NCBI GenBank assembly: GCA_010093815.1
Contig: ML996566.1
Direction: 5' to 3' (one strand)
Length of the DNA: 64,000 nt
Origin: Pseudovirgaria hyperparasitica
Lineage: Eukaryota
A model generated the notes under the pieces. The model was not told where the DNA came from and made no database searches. It saw nothing but the letters and a program-made list of their open reading frames with translations. The position numbers were made by a program, and so were the translations under genes. Every line of letters starts with the position of its first letter. Positions within the stretch are counted from its first letter, which is position 1. This document shows positions 23,330-35,608 of this stretch, one piece after another.

Positions 23330-25075
23330 ACTTTCGATCTTACGACAGTGGAGGATAAAGGTAGAGTCGGATTGAAAGGTCTAGTCGGTGATTAACCATA
23401 GAATTTAGCGCGCATCCTGGGAGATAGTACAAGGCTTCATCAGTGGGAGCGGAAGGTAGACTGAATGCATATACTCTATTTGGAACGCAGCATTCTGTCA
23501 ATAAGACCTCCGCAAGTAGACCGATCTGTATGAGTTAAGGTATGTATGGCTGTTGGTGATGGATGAAATGTATGAGTGTTCACACGCACTATCATATGTA
23601 CAAACACCACTCTCTGTTTTCGAATAATTCCTCTCTCGCTTCAAAACATGAAGTACACATGGCGTCACCGAATACCAGTATCGGTGGCATGATCACAACT
23701 TAGTAGCACAATCAGTAAAGCAGACGCGGTAGACGCAATGACATATTACCTGTATCATGTGATGGTTTAAGGGCAGGAAGTGTGAATGCTTGGCAGTGTG
23801 AATAACCATAAGGAGAGTGACAGAGCGCGCTATTTACGTGGTGTATGTATGTCAAAGGTTTGGGTCATTGTTCATTTGGTCATTAGTCTATGTACGCTGG
23901 TCTACCTACCTACCTTGACTCGTACCTGGTTTTGGAGCTTCGACCTTCGATCGAGGAGGGGTAGGTAGGTCATCACGGTCGACAGGAGGTTACACTACGA
24001 AGCTGGAGAACGAGCCACCGGATTCGACGCATGCATTAGTGAAGAGTAAAATAGATTGCAAGATAGACTGATGGAGCAGTAGTATAAGTCTAATAGCAGT
24101 TTAGCGCGATAGAAGATATTTCATGTTTGGGAGTCTCTCCTTAACAGATCTACACGCTCCCGACGCTCGAGCCCGACGCACAGACCACCAGGCGCTCTCA
24201 ACGAGCAGCTCCACCACCACCAGTTGTGCGAGCGAGCATCCATCCATCGTCGTCACTCTCTCCTGTTCTCTCTCTTCTCCTCTTACACCACACACACTCT
24301 CTCTCTCTCTTCTCATCTTCACACTCCCTCACTCTCTCTCCCTCATCCTTCATCGTCGCCCTCCTTGTCGTTGAGCGTCGTCCCGTCATTCTTCGTCACC
24401 CTCCTTTGCTTCGGTTCCTTCCCAACTATACCTGGGATTCACTTTCCCTACTTCAGTAACAGACCGTGCACGGCAATCGCCCAATATACTCCGACATCCC
24501 ACCCTCAGCTTCTTCCATCGACCTCGATCCATTCAAGTCTCTATCCCAATTGACTTGATCGTGGCTTACTCCTCTACTTCATTGCCGCAGTCACGACGTG
24601 TTACCCGCGCAGGTGCAGTGCACTCTTTGATCTGCATCTCCTCCGGCCCCCTCAATAACAATCGCTCCCGTCCGCAACCAGTCTACTCTGAGACTGTAAA
24701 CCTCCAAGCCTTCAAGCCTTCGTCTGCTCCTCACAACGCAACGATCTGCATGAAGCATTGACATCATCATACTTGCGCATCTTCCTCAGCAGATTTCTGT
24801 TAGCGGATTGCATTTGGTCACTTCCTTCACAGCTTACTTTCACCCACTGTTGATCAGTCCAAGGTCCGTAACACCCTTGGTGAGCACCAATCAACCCATA
24901 TTGATTGGCCATCTTGCCATGGACATCACTAACTGGCTGTTGCTCTTCATAGTGTTCTGTCGAGACTTTGGTCTTCTTCCGACATACCTACCTACCTACC
25001 TACGTCATACGTATATATCATCGTATATCAGTGTTAAAGAGTCGAGACCTGTAATTCTCCTGTCAAACCTTTATC

Positions 25076-28000
25076 ATGGATCAACAAGGACATACTGGTC
25101 CGCAAGGACCGGCAGGACGTAGACTGCACATTGCACATCGCCGCAGCCCTTCTGAGCTGACTCCTCTTATGAGTAAGTCCATACCTGACATTGCATTCGA
25201 GATACTGGATTACTGACAACATTTTTCAGTGGAACAACTCGCTCTTGCACAACAGATTGAAGCTCTTCAGGTGCAGCAGCAGCAGATCGCCGCAACTCAT
25301 CAGCAGTATCTCAACATGGGCATGATTCCAAACCAGCAACATATGCAAGGTGGCCAATACCAGATGCAAGGACAAATGGCCAATGTATCGCCCCATACGA
25401 ACCAGTTTCAATTTCCACAACAGATGCAACAGCAAATGTCTGTGTCATTGAACACGCCCTCGCAGCCGTCTGCTCACAGACGCAACCAGTCCGCCTTACC
25501 CAATGTTGGTATGGGTCCCCCACCAGCTCCGTCCTCGGGTGCCTCTGGATTCCAGGATTACAACAATTCGCAGCCGCAAGGTCGTGAGAATGTAAACCCA
25601 CGTGGCCGTGGCCAGGGTCCTCCGGGATCTGGCCATACACGTCGCCATTCGCTAGCCTTACCTGAGGCCAAAAAGGCTGCGGAATTGGCTGAACAGAAAA
25701 GAAAGACATCTGGCTTTCAATTTCCTATTCCAGGAGCCACTGGCACTTCCACAACCTCGAGCAACCGAGACGCCAGCCCTGTCGGAGCTCCAACAGGCGA
25801 GCAGCCTCCAGCGGCAGGCCGTGCTCAGCGCGGCGGCCACGGTCGCAGCCAGAGCATGGCCGTAGGGGGTGGACGCGGCTCTGGACAAGGAGGTCGCGGG
25901 GGTCCTGCATTCCAATTTCCCGCCCAACCTGACAACTCAGCTCAATCGGACTTCCAGCGCCGAGGCAGTGGGCATGGCCGAGCTTCTTCTCGCAACTTTG
26001 ACGGGAATTGGAGGCAGCCTAACAACCAGCAGCAGCAGCAACCGCAAGACCAGCAGAATAGCAACATGGGTAACTTCAACTTGAATCAGTCAGCAGGTGC
26101 CGCGCCCTTCCAGCCTGGACACCGCGCCCGTGGATCCATGAATCAATCCATTGGCTCCATCGGCAATTTCCAGTATCCTCAACAGCCGCAACTTGTGCAG
26201 CTCCCCCAGGGCCAGATGCTCGTTCCTCCTCAGATGTATGGACAGAACATTAATCCCCTGCAGATTGCTCACCTTCAGGCCCTCCAGGCTGCACAAATGA
26301 ATGGCCAGATGGGTGGCTTACAAGCTAGCCAGCATGCTCAGCCTCAAATGTCTCTTCAGCAGCAGCAACAACAGCAACGCAAGACGCTCTTTACACCCTA
26401 CCTGCCTCAGGCCTCTCTGCCAACTTTACTGTCGGAGGGCCAGCTTGTTTCCGGTATCCTACGTGTCAATAAGAAGAACCGCAGCGATGCTTACGTTACG
26501 ACGACCGATTTGGATGCAGACATTTTCATCTGTGGTAGCAAGGACCGTAATCGTGCTCTCGAAGGAGACTTCGTAGCTGTTGAGCTCCTGGATGTCGATG
26601 AAGTATGGGGCCAGAAGCGCGAGAAAGAAGAGAAAAAGAAGCGCAAGGACAACTCGGATACTCGTGGCGGTAGTATGGCAGTCAATGATGCTACTACGCA
26701 GCCTGAATCTAGCCAGTCTGGCGGAGACGGTTCTCTCCGTCGTCGTGGTAGCCTGCGACAACGTCCTACGCAAAAGAAGAACGATGATGTTGAAGTCGAA
26801 GGACAAAGCTTACTGCTTATGGAGGAAGAAGAGATTAACGATGAGCAGAAGCCACTCTATGCCGGTCACATTGTTGCCGTCGTAGAGCGTGTCGCAGGCC
26901 AGATGTTCTCGGGTACTCTCGGACTTCTTCGTCCCAGCAGCCAGGCCACCAAAGAGAAGCAGGAGGCCGAACGTCAAGCCCGCGAAGGGAACCACGGACG
27001 TCATCAAAATGAGCGACAGCAAGAGAAACCCAAAATTGTGTGGTTCAAGCCAACAGACAAGCGCGTGCCCCTGATTGCCATTCCAACTGAACAGGCACCC
27101 CGAGACTTCGTTGAGAAGCACCAAGACTACGCCAATCGCATTTTCGTGGCTTGCATCAAGCGTTGGCCAATTACATCCCTTCATCCATTCGGAACGCTGG
27201 TTGAGCAGCTTGGCGAAATGGGCGATTTGAGAGTAGAGACTGATGCTCTGCTACGTGACAACAACTTTGGCCCTGACGACTTCTCGGATGCTGTACTCAA
27301 GAATGTCGGTTTTGATGATTGGTCCGTCGCGAATGACGGCGAGCGAGGTCTTGAAAATCGCCGTGATTTCCGAGAGGAAGAGACTTTCACAATCGATCCG
27401 AATGGTAGCAAAGAGCTGGATAATGCCATTCATGTCAAGACTCTTGCCGATGGTCATATTGAAGTCGGTATCCATGTTGCCGACGTGGCCCATTTCATCA
27501 AGCCAAACTCCTTGGTCGACCGCGAGGCTAAGAAGAGAGGTACCGCTGTCTACTTGATGAACAGAGCTGTCAATATGCTACCGCCTAAGCTGGCTACCGA
27601 CATATGCTGTTTAAGCCCTGGCGAAGAAAGATACACTGTCAGTGTGGTCTTCAAGATCCAGAAGGACACTGGAAATGTCATCGATGACGAGACCTGGGTT
27701 GGCAAAGCTGTTATCAAGAGCTCTGGGAAATTGACGTACGATGAGGTCGACAAGATCATTGGAGGACGCGGCGACTCTGGATTGGCGGAATCGAGAGTGC
27801 AAGCCATCAAAATGCTCTACCAGATTACTGAACGGTTCCGCCAGGCTCGCTTTGGCAACCGGTCTCCTGACATCCCACCTCTACGCCTCTTGTACCAATT
27901 GGACGACGAGAATGTTCCTGTAGAACAGAACATCTTTGACTCGTCCCCAGCTCATGAATTGATAGAAGAGATCAGCCACAAGACCAACGCCTTTGTTGCC

Positions 28001-29277
28001 AAAAAGCTTCTAGCAGGTCTTCCAGAGAAGGCTTTCCTCAGACGTCAACTCTCGCCAAACCCCAGGAGATTGCAGACCTTTGCTGATCGTATGAACGCCA
28101 TTGGCTACGACATTGACACAACAAGCAGTGGCACTCTACAAAACAGCCTGTTCGCCATCGACGAGGACGATCTTCGCAAAGGCATGGAAACCTTACTTGT
28201 CAAATCAATGTCACGTGCCAAGTACTACGTCGCTGGACGTGTACCAGAGGATCAGCAAGCACACTACGCGCTAAACCTTCCAGTGTACACTCATTTTACG
28301 AACCCATCTCGCCGTTATGCTGACATCGTCGTCCATCGCCAGCTCGAGGCAATTCTCTCCGAAGGCGCGACTGAGTTCCAGGAGGACGCAGATACACTTG
28401 CCAAAATTGCAGAAGCTGCGAACACCAAGAAGGACTCGGCCCATGCCGCCCAGGAACAAAGTGTACATATCGAGTCGTGCCGCCGTATGGACAAGCTCCG
28501 TCAAGAGGCTGGTGGTGATTTGATCAGTGAAGGTGTGGTGCTTTGCGTGTACGAATCTGCGTTTGATGTCCTGATTCCCGAGTTTGGCTTTGAGAAACGT
28601 GTCCACTGCGATCAGCTACCGCTCAAGAAGGCCGAGTTTGACAAGAACAAGCGCCTTCTCGAGCTTTACTGGGAGAAAGGTGTGCCGTCTTCCGCCTATG
28701 TTCCTGAGGATGAGCGCCCCAAGCCTGGCAACTCTCGGTCGGCCCAAGCTGTAGCTGCCGCTCGTGACGCAGAAGCAGCTAAACAGCGCGCGAAAGAGCA
28801 CGAGGAGGCCCAGCGGCGACAAATGGACACTGGTACCATGTCGACAGATGATGTTGATGCGCTTTTCGATGATGACGATGATGCGTCAGAGATTACAGAG
28901 ATGACTGCGGGAGTCTCTTTGAGTGCTGCAGATCGTCCAACCCAGAGCATGCCGCCTTCACCAACCAGGGGCAGCCTCGAATCCGGCCAAGCACCTCATC
29001 GCACCAATTCCGATTCTCGCCTTGCGCAGAGTGCTACTGATGCCCCCGAGACACAGTTGACGAACAAGGAGAAGTATCTCAAATTGTTCTCGCTTAGAGA
29101 AGTAGATGGCGATTATATCCAGGACGTGAGAGAGATGACACGCGTACCGGTTATCCTAAAGACGGACCTCAGCAAGAGTCCCCCGTAAGTTTTTGCATGA
29201 TTAGGCCAGGGCCACTAAAGATGCTAAATGTGTACAGATGCCTGACCATACGCTCTATGAATCCCTACGCTCTCTGA
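25076..29277 (+). CDS. SSD1: SSD1/GUL-1 RNA-binding RNase II-family pseudonuclease
   Basis: Exon 1 MDQQGHTGPQGPAGRRLHIAHRRSPSELTPLM, then intron 25173-25229. Q-rich N-terminus; RKTLFTPYLPQA; GILRVNKKNRSDAY; IVWFKPTDKRVPLIAIP; YTHFTNPSRRYAD. Intron 29185-29237, then CLTIRSMNPYAL*. Confidence 0.96.
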
Positions 29278-30829
29278 GAGGACAAGCCATACTACCAATC
29301 GTCAGCCACGGTTGCTTTGTATTTTCCATCATTCCTGACAGCATAGCTCGCCACTCTTTCGAGCTATGCGGGCTAGTAAGCACGAATCTTTCAGCAGAAA
29401 TCATAAGCTTAGCGGTCCAAATTGTGCCGCGTCCAATCATTACAACTATAACGACCTGAGGAGTCGTGTGACGGTCCTGGGCTGAGCACCAAATGGTCCG
29501 TTGTCAACGTTGACAAACGGCACCAGGCGAAGCAATACGTTCAGCGTGTAGGCGGGTGGAAAGAGAGGAGAGAAAAGTCGAGAATCCTGAGCGCTAGATG
29601 AGTCAGTACATGATATTGCTATGTACCATTGACCAGCGAGAGCGGTAAAGTGGATGATGGTCTTGAGACATGACATAGCTTATTAGAATTACGTGTAATT
29701 TCCTTCCTAGCAGTAGTAATAAAGGTTTAGTATGAAGATAGCGAGCACCTGGTCGCTTGTGTCCTGGACAGGCATGTTCTTTCAGCCGTAGCCGTCCCTA
29801 TATGATCACATGGAGACCGAGCTGCACAACACCACAGGATCTTCGGTGAGAAGATTAAAGGGCATCCAGCGGCAAAAGCGTTTGGGTATTTGACAAGTTA
29901 ACTTGGCAGCCGTAAACCCGGGGCTCAGTGAACTGGTCAGCCACTGTTCGCGGTCGGTTACACTGGGATTGGGATCCAGAAACCCATACTATACTTCACA
30001 CCAAAGTTTTTGACGCCCTGTCTCGAAAGCGGATGATATTGTCTCCTTTGACTGCCACTGATTTGTTTATTCAATTATTGAGCTTGGCTGATGGCACATA
30101 ATGTAGAAGTTGGGACTGTGTAGCATCTAGTAGTATCAATACTCCTCTTCCGCCCCTCGGAAAGCTCAGCACCCGGAAGAAAAGCGACAAGAGGTTCATT
30201 AGCGATGGACAATGCCTTGTAACGGATGTACCATGTTCCTCTGCTGTCCAGCGCTGGTGGGTGGGGCTTTGTTGCTGACGCGGGTATGAAGATGCGACGT
30301 TGAAGCTGCTCGGGTTTCAAGTTCTGGCTATCGCGTCTCATCGGCCCTGACCTGCAACACCACGGCCTTCATCATCACCATCGTGTACAACCAGTTTCGA
30401 CACAACCGTTCGGAAGGAGTGTGCTATCTAATTGCACGTAGTAGTACTTCGCCTCCTCCGTGCCCAAGGCGGGTCTTTTTTTTCTGGCACTCGGTCGACT
30501 CCTGAAGGTTGGATACTGTGTGGCGTCCAAACCTGTCTCAGGTTCAGCATTGGGCTCTCTGGTCAGTGTAGTATAAGGTGGACAGCTCGTTCCCTCATCG
30601 GACATGCGTTCCTTTCTTGATTCTTTCTTGTTGCAGTCAACAGATCATTAGTTCGCAGCTGACTCCTTCTCTTCTCGCTTTTCTGTTCACTTTAATTAAT
30701 CATCACATTCATTCTTTCGGCTTTCGATAGTCCCTGGTCGGACATCTGTACACTCTTTCACAGCAGATCTAATACGATTAACTTGTGTATCATCCTCTCA
30801 CAAAGTACCTCTCTGCTCAGTTCGCCAGA

Positions 30830-31896
30830 ATGCCGTCTTTCAAGCAAGCTCTGAAGTGGATCTTCGTCCTTGGACCTGTCGTCACCCATGCCCTTCCGGT
30901 CAAGGAGGCTAGGCAGGAGTCTGGCGCCCCCAGTGGGGGACTCTCAGATATTGATATTCTTAATTTGTGAGCACCGTCGTTCAAGACACTGAAGCAAAGG
31001 CTAACAGTGTGTGTAGTGCGTTGACTGCCGAGCACCTTGAATCGGAATTCTACAGACAAGGCTTTGCCAAATTTCCCGACAGCGACTTCATGGCATTGGG
31101 CCTCAGTGCAGCCAGCATCGCCTCTCTAAAGATGGTCGGCCAGACCGAAGCAACACACGTATCGTTCCTCACCTCTGCAATCGCCGCCGCGGGAGCCCAA
31201 CCGGTGCAACAATGCACCTACAACTTCGGCTTCACTGACGCAGCGACAATGGTAGCTACCGCGAAAGTCCTAGAAGCCATCGGAGTATCCGCGTAAGTTT
31301 GCACAAACAAGGACTTGTTCAGTTCAGAACGGACATTGAGCTCAATTCCACACAGTTATCTCGGCGCCGCACCCCTGATCAACTCTTCCGCCATCCTCGG
31401 CCAAGCAGCCACCATCGCAACAGTCGAAGCCCGTCACCAAACCTTCATCCGCTCAGCCGCATCCAAGGAGCCCATCCCCGCCGCATTCGACACGCCTCTC
31501 CAGCCACGCGCTGTCTTCACCCTCGCCGCCCCATTCATCCAATCGTGCCCGCCCGGCTCCAATCTTGCCATTACACCGTTCCCGTCCATTGCGCTGCAGA
31601 ACCCGGCTGCTGCGATCCCGGGCAACGATCTCATCTTGGCCGACGCAAACCAGCCTGGCGGTGCGCAGTTCTGTGCTTTTGCCGCTCCGGGCGGAGCGCA
31701 GTTTGCGCCGTTGACGGGCGGGAAGTGTACGGTGCCGCAGGGCCTGCAGGGCGAGGTGTATATGATGGTTACGAAGTCGCAGTCGATTGAGGACTCGGAG
31801 ATTCTTGCTGGGTGAGTTTTCTGTTTTCACTTCATAGCTGTGCGAGTACCTTTTGACTAATGCGAACTTAGACCTGCCGTCCTGTCGCCGTCATAG
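30830..31896 (+). CDS. Secreted ferritin-like (RDS1-type) stress protein
   Basis: Signal peptide; DIDILNFALTAEHLESEFY; EATHV; LEAIGVSAYLGAAP; TVEARHQTFIR. Introns 30967-31016, 31293-31356 and 31812-31871. Confidence 0.87.
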
Positions 31897-33198
31897 TCCC
31901 TTGGTGTTACATTTTCATTATTCAGGCATGCATCGTGCTGATGGGTTTTTACTTGACGTGTGTATAGGGTAGTGAGTGTTATCCGGAGATGGAAGGAGTC
32001 GGTAATATAGGAATATACTATTCTAGAGTTCGACGGAGCGGAGATGATGGGATTTATCCTGGGCAATCGATCGATCGGATGTATGGATGAAGGATGCCTG
32101 CCCTGCCCATCACGTATATATCACTACTATAACTTGTCTTTACCTCTTGATGCTTCGAGAGAACAAAAAGTTGCCGATACGTGGTATGTTTTCCTGTCTT
32201 GAGCCCAATATACATTGCTAGAATTGGCTTTGGAGTAACACTCTGACTTCATGTTGGTATAGACTTGCGCGATTTTGAATGTGTTGGTTGCATGGGGGAT
32301 TTGATGTCTGCGACGGTGGAGGTGGATCTTGTTTCACTCAGTCCTCATTACTCCTAACGTGGGGCTGCCTACTGTACATATATCAAATCGGCGCGCTTTG
32401 ACATCCTGGAATGCGTTGTTGTGATGCTCCGGTTTGGTGACCTCCCTCGGTTGTTTGGATACTGTCATGTTGTGTCAATCAATATGAGAATGCTGTTTGC
32501 ATGTACTGTGCTGAGCGTTCTTTTGTGCAATTGGATGGGGTCATCTATATCGATGTCTTCTGGACAGGGATGAGGTCACAGGTGAGATCTGATGGATGGA
32601 GTCGCCGACGATGGATCTGTGGGGACACAATGCCGATGTTAGCGCGAGGATTCAGATATATGAATTGCATCCCGTGCGTATGGATTGAGTATGTGATGTA
32701 TGCGTTATTTGGTAGAAGGGTGCTGAGATGAGGCGTACATGGAGTGAGATGGCTACTAAAATATCATCACAAATCACCATGATAATCTTACAATAATAAT
32801 AGTCCACCTGCAGTGCAGGCTGCATGCACATTGTTCCCGTCTCCACATCCCCGCAAGCGTTACCGAAAGTAGTAATGGAAGCGAACCGAGGCATGGATGT
32901 GAATCCCGGTATCTGCACCCGCAAGCTAATACCCCCTTTGCAGTTCGAAGTGGATACCGCCCCCAAGAACCGACTCTACGATGGCGGGCTTGGGTCCACG
33001 AGCTGTCGGCGAACCATGTGCTAACGGTGTTGCGGACGTGACGCCGTGACGCGCTAATGGACCATATGTAGACATCGCTCGCTTTTAGGCTGCTTTGTCA
33101 CCGTCTTCCGTTCAACTTCTCCCGTCTCTTTCCCTCAGCCTCAGGGAAGTCGATTCACTTCAGTCAGTCAGTAAACCTCACGTCTGCCCGCCTTGAAA

Positions 33199-35236
33199 AT
33201 GACGCTCAAGGGAACGAATCCAGAGACTATACATAGGGTCAATGGCTATGGCAAGGATAGCTACACCTATATTCCCGTCGTTGTGGTCGGTGGTGGCGAG
33301 AGTGGTATTGCGATGGGCTGTAGGCTGAAGCAGAAGCTGGGATTCGACCAGTTCCGCATCTACGATCGGCAGAGTGGTGTTGGAGGTACCTGGTGGATCA
33401 ATCGGTATCCGGGCGTGGCTTGCGACATGTAAGTTCTGCAAATACATGCCTGGAAGAACAAAGGAGGCAGACGAGAGAGTCGATGCTGACAGCGTGGTAC
33501 GCACAAAAGTCCGTCCATTCTATACTCTTTCTCCTTCGCGCAGAACCCGAATTGGACTTCCTTCTTTCCCCCGGGCCCGGAGATGCAGCGGTATCTTGGA
33601 GACGTGTGCGCCAAGTTTCAGATCGAGGACAAGATACAGTGCAACGTGGATGTGGAGTACTGCAGGTGGCTGGAGGAAGAGAAGCTCTGGGAGGTTGAGC
33701 TGAAGCACCTCGTCCCCGGCGTGGGCGATTTGGGCGCCAAGGCAAGACAAGCGCTCATTGATCGGGACGGTCCTCAGGCAGTTGTGGTTGGGCGTGAGAC
33801 TGTTCGCTGCAAGGTTCTTGTCAGTGCCGTTGGAGGACTGGTGGAGCCGCGATCGTGGCCTGAGAATATCCCCGGCATTGAGGACTTCAAGGGCCCGGTC
33901 TTCCATTCGGCACGATGGGAAGAGCACCACGACTTCAAGGATAAGGATATCATTGTTATGGGCACGGGATGTAGCGCGGCGCAGCTGGTCCCCAAGCTCA
34001 CGAAGGAGCCCTATAATGCGAAGAGCGTCACTCAGCTCATGAGGAGTCCTCCCTGGGTCAGTCCCCGCACTGTGCCTCCGGGCGGCAACGAGGCCTTCGC
34101 AAAGTACGCGCCGAAGCTGTTCAATAACGTGCCGGGACTACAGAACGCCCTGCGGAAGGTTGTAGCTGCCGTAGTAGAGTATGACTTCCGGTACTTCCGC
34201 GGAGACGACTTCGCGGCAAAAGAGCGAGCGAGGTATGAGGAGAGACTGCGACGGCACATCAAGAAGACGACTCCGGAGAAGTATCACGAGATCTTGACGC
34301 CGAATTACGGTGTTGGGTGTAAGAGGAGGATTTTCGACGCGACCTGGTACCCGGGTCTGAATGATCCCAAGATTGAAGTGACGACGCAGCCCCTGACACA
34401 TGTGCACGAGCATACTGTTACTATCGGGCCTGGCCGGACTTATCCTGATCCCAAGGACACCTCATCGAAGGCTCCGATGGATAAGAAGGAGATTCCGGCT
34501 GATATGATTATCATGGCGAACGGCTTCGATACAACAGTCTGGCTTCATCCGTTGGTCGTAAAGGGGCGCAACGGAGTCGATCTTCTACAGCAGATGCAAG
34601 ATCGCGGTGGCCCACAACTATACCAAGGCACAGCCATGGACGAATTCCCCAACTTCTTTGCCATTTTCGGACCAAACAGTAAGTTTCCACAAAATAGATG
34701 GATTTCGGCGCACGCTAACATGAAATCTAGCCGCGACGGGTCACACTTCTGTCATTCTGGCCACGGAAAACATGGTAAACTACAGCTTAAAGTTCATCAA
34801 GGGCATCCTCAACGGCGACATCGAGCAAGCCGAGATCAAGAAAGAGGCCGAAATCGACTACACGACGAAACTGCAGAAGAAGCTGAAGACGATGGTGTGG
34901 CAGTCAGGGGGATGCCATAGCTGGTACTTCATGGAGAACGGATGGAACCCGACGGTGTACCCTTGGTCGCAGATACGGTTCACGTACCGCTGCATGTTTC
35001 CGAGATGGCGCGACTGGAACATCAAGTACACGACCAAGGGACTGTGGAAGCTGAGACTGCAGGCCATCTTCAGGCTTCTGGCGATTACAAGCACGATTGC
35101 TGTGCTGCTCAAGATGCGAAGTATGGGCTTGGATAGTTTGGAGAGTATCAAGTCAGTGGCTGGGTTTGCCCTGCAGATGGGGGTCGCACGCGGGATATCT
35201 TCCTTGAAGTCAGTACAAGCCTCCCTGCAGGCTTGA
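33199..35236 (+). CDS. Baeyer-Villiger/FMO-like flavin monooxygenase
   Basis: VVVGGGESG Rossmann motif; GGTWWINRYPGVACDIP; BVMO fingerprint FKGPVFHSARW; MGTGCSAAQ; GCKRRI. Introns 33429-33509 and 34679-34730. Confidence 0.92.
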
Positions 35237-35608
35237 AAGATGACGGTTAGAGAGCCGAGGAAGCGTTCATGATGCCTGTGTAGATGCACATAGAGTAGTA
35301 TGACTGTAGTAAAACATATAATGCGATGAATCATACCAGTTTCAGACGGCCAATTACTCCCTCGACACTTTTGACTGATTATCCCTACTTAGTTTCCCCG
35401 CAGTCTGCAACCAGAACGAGACAATCCGGCCCAGCAAGGGATCTCTTAGCGGCGTCCGCATGCGCATGCACACCTCCAGACTCATCATGGTTTAGAGGTA
35501 ATCTTCTCCCTTGTCATTCGATCCTCTGCTCTCATTTCTCTTCTATACATCCTACTCGCACTGGTTGGCACACTCGTGCTCAGCGTCGTCGACGCCCTGT
35601 CTTGCACA

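Noticed and set aside
23904..23970. 11-bp inverted repeat acctacctacc/ggtaggtaggt
   Set aside because: Built from the common (TACC)n simple repeat; no target-site duplication or other copy to indicate a MITE.
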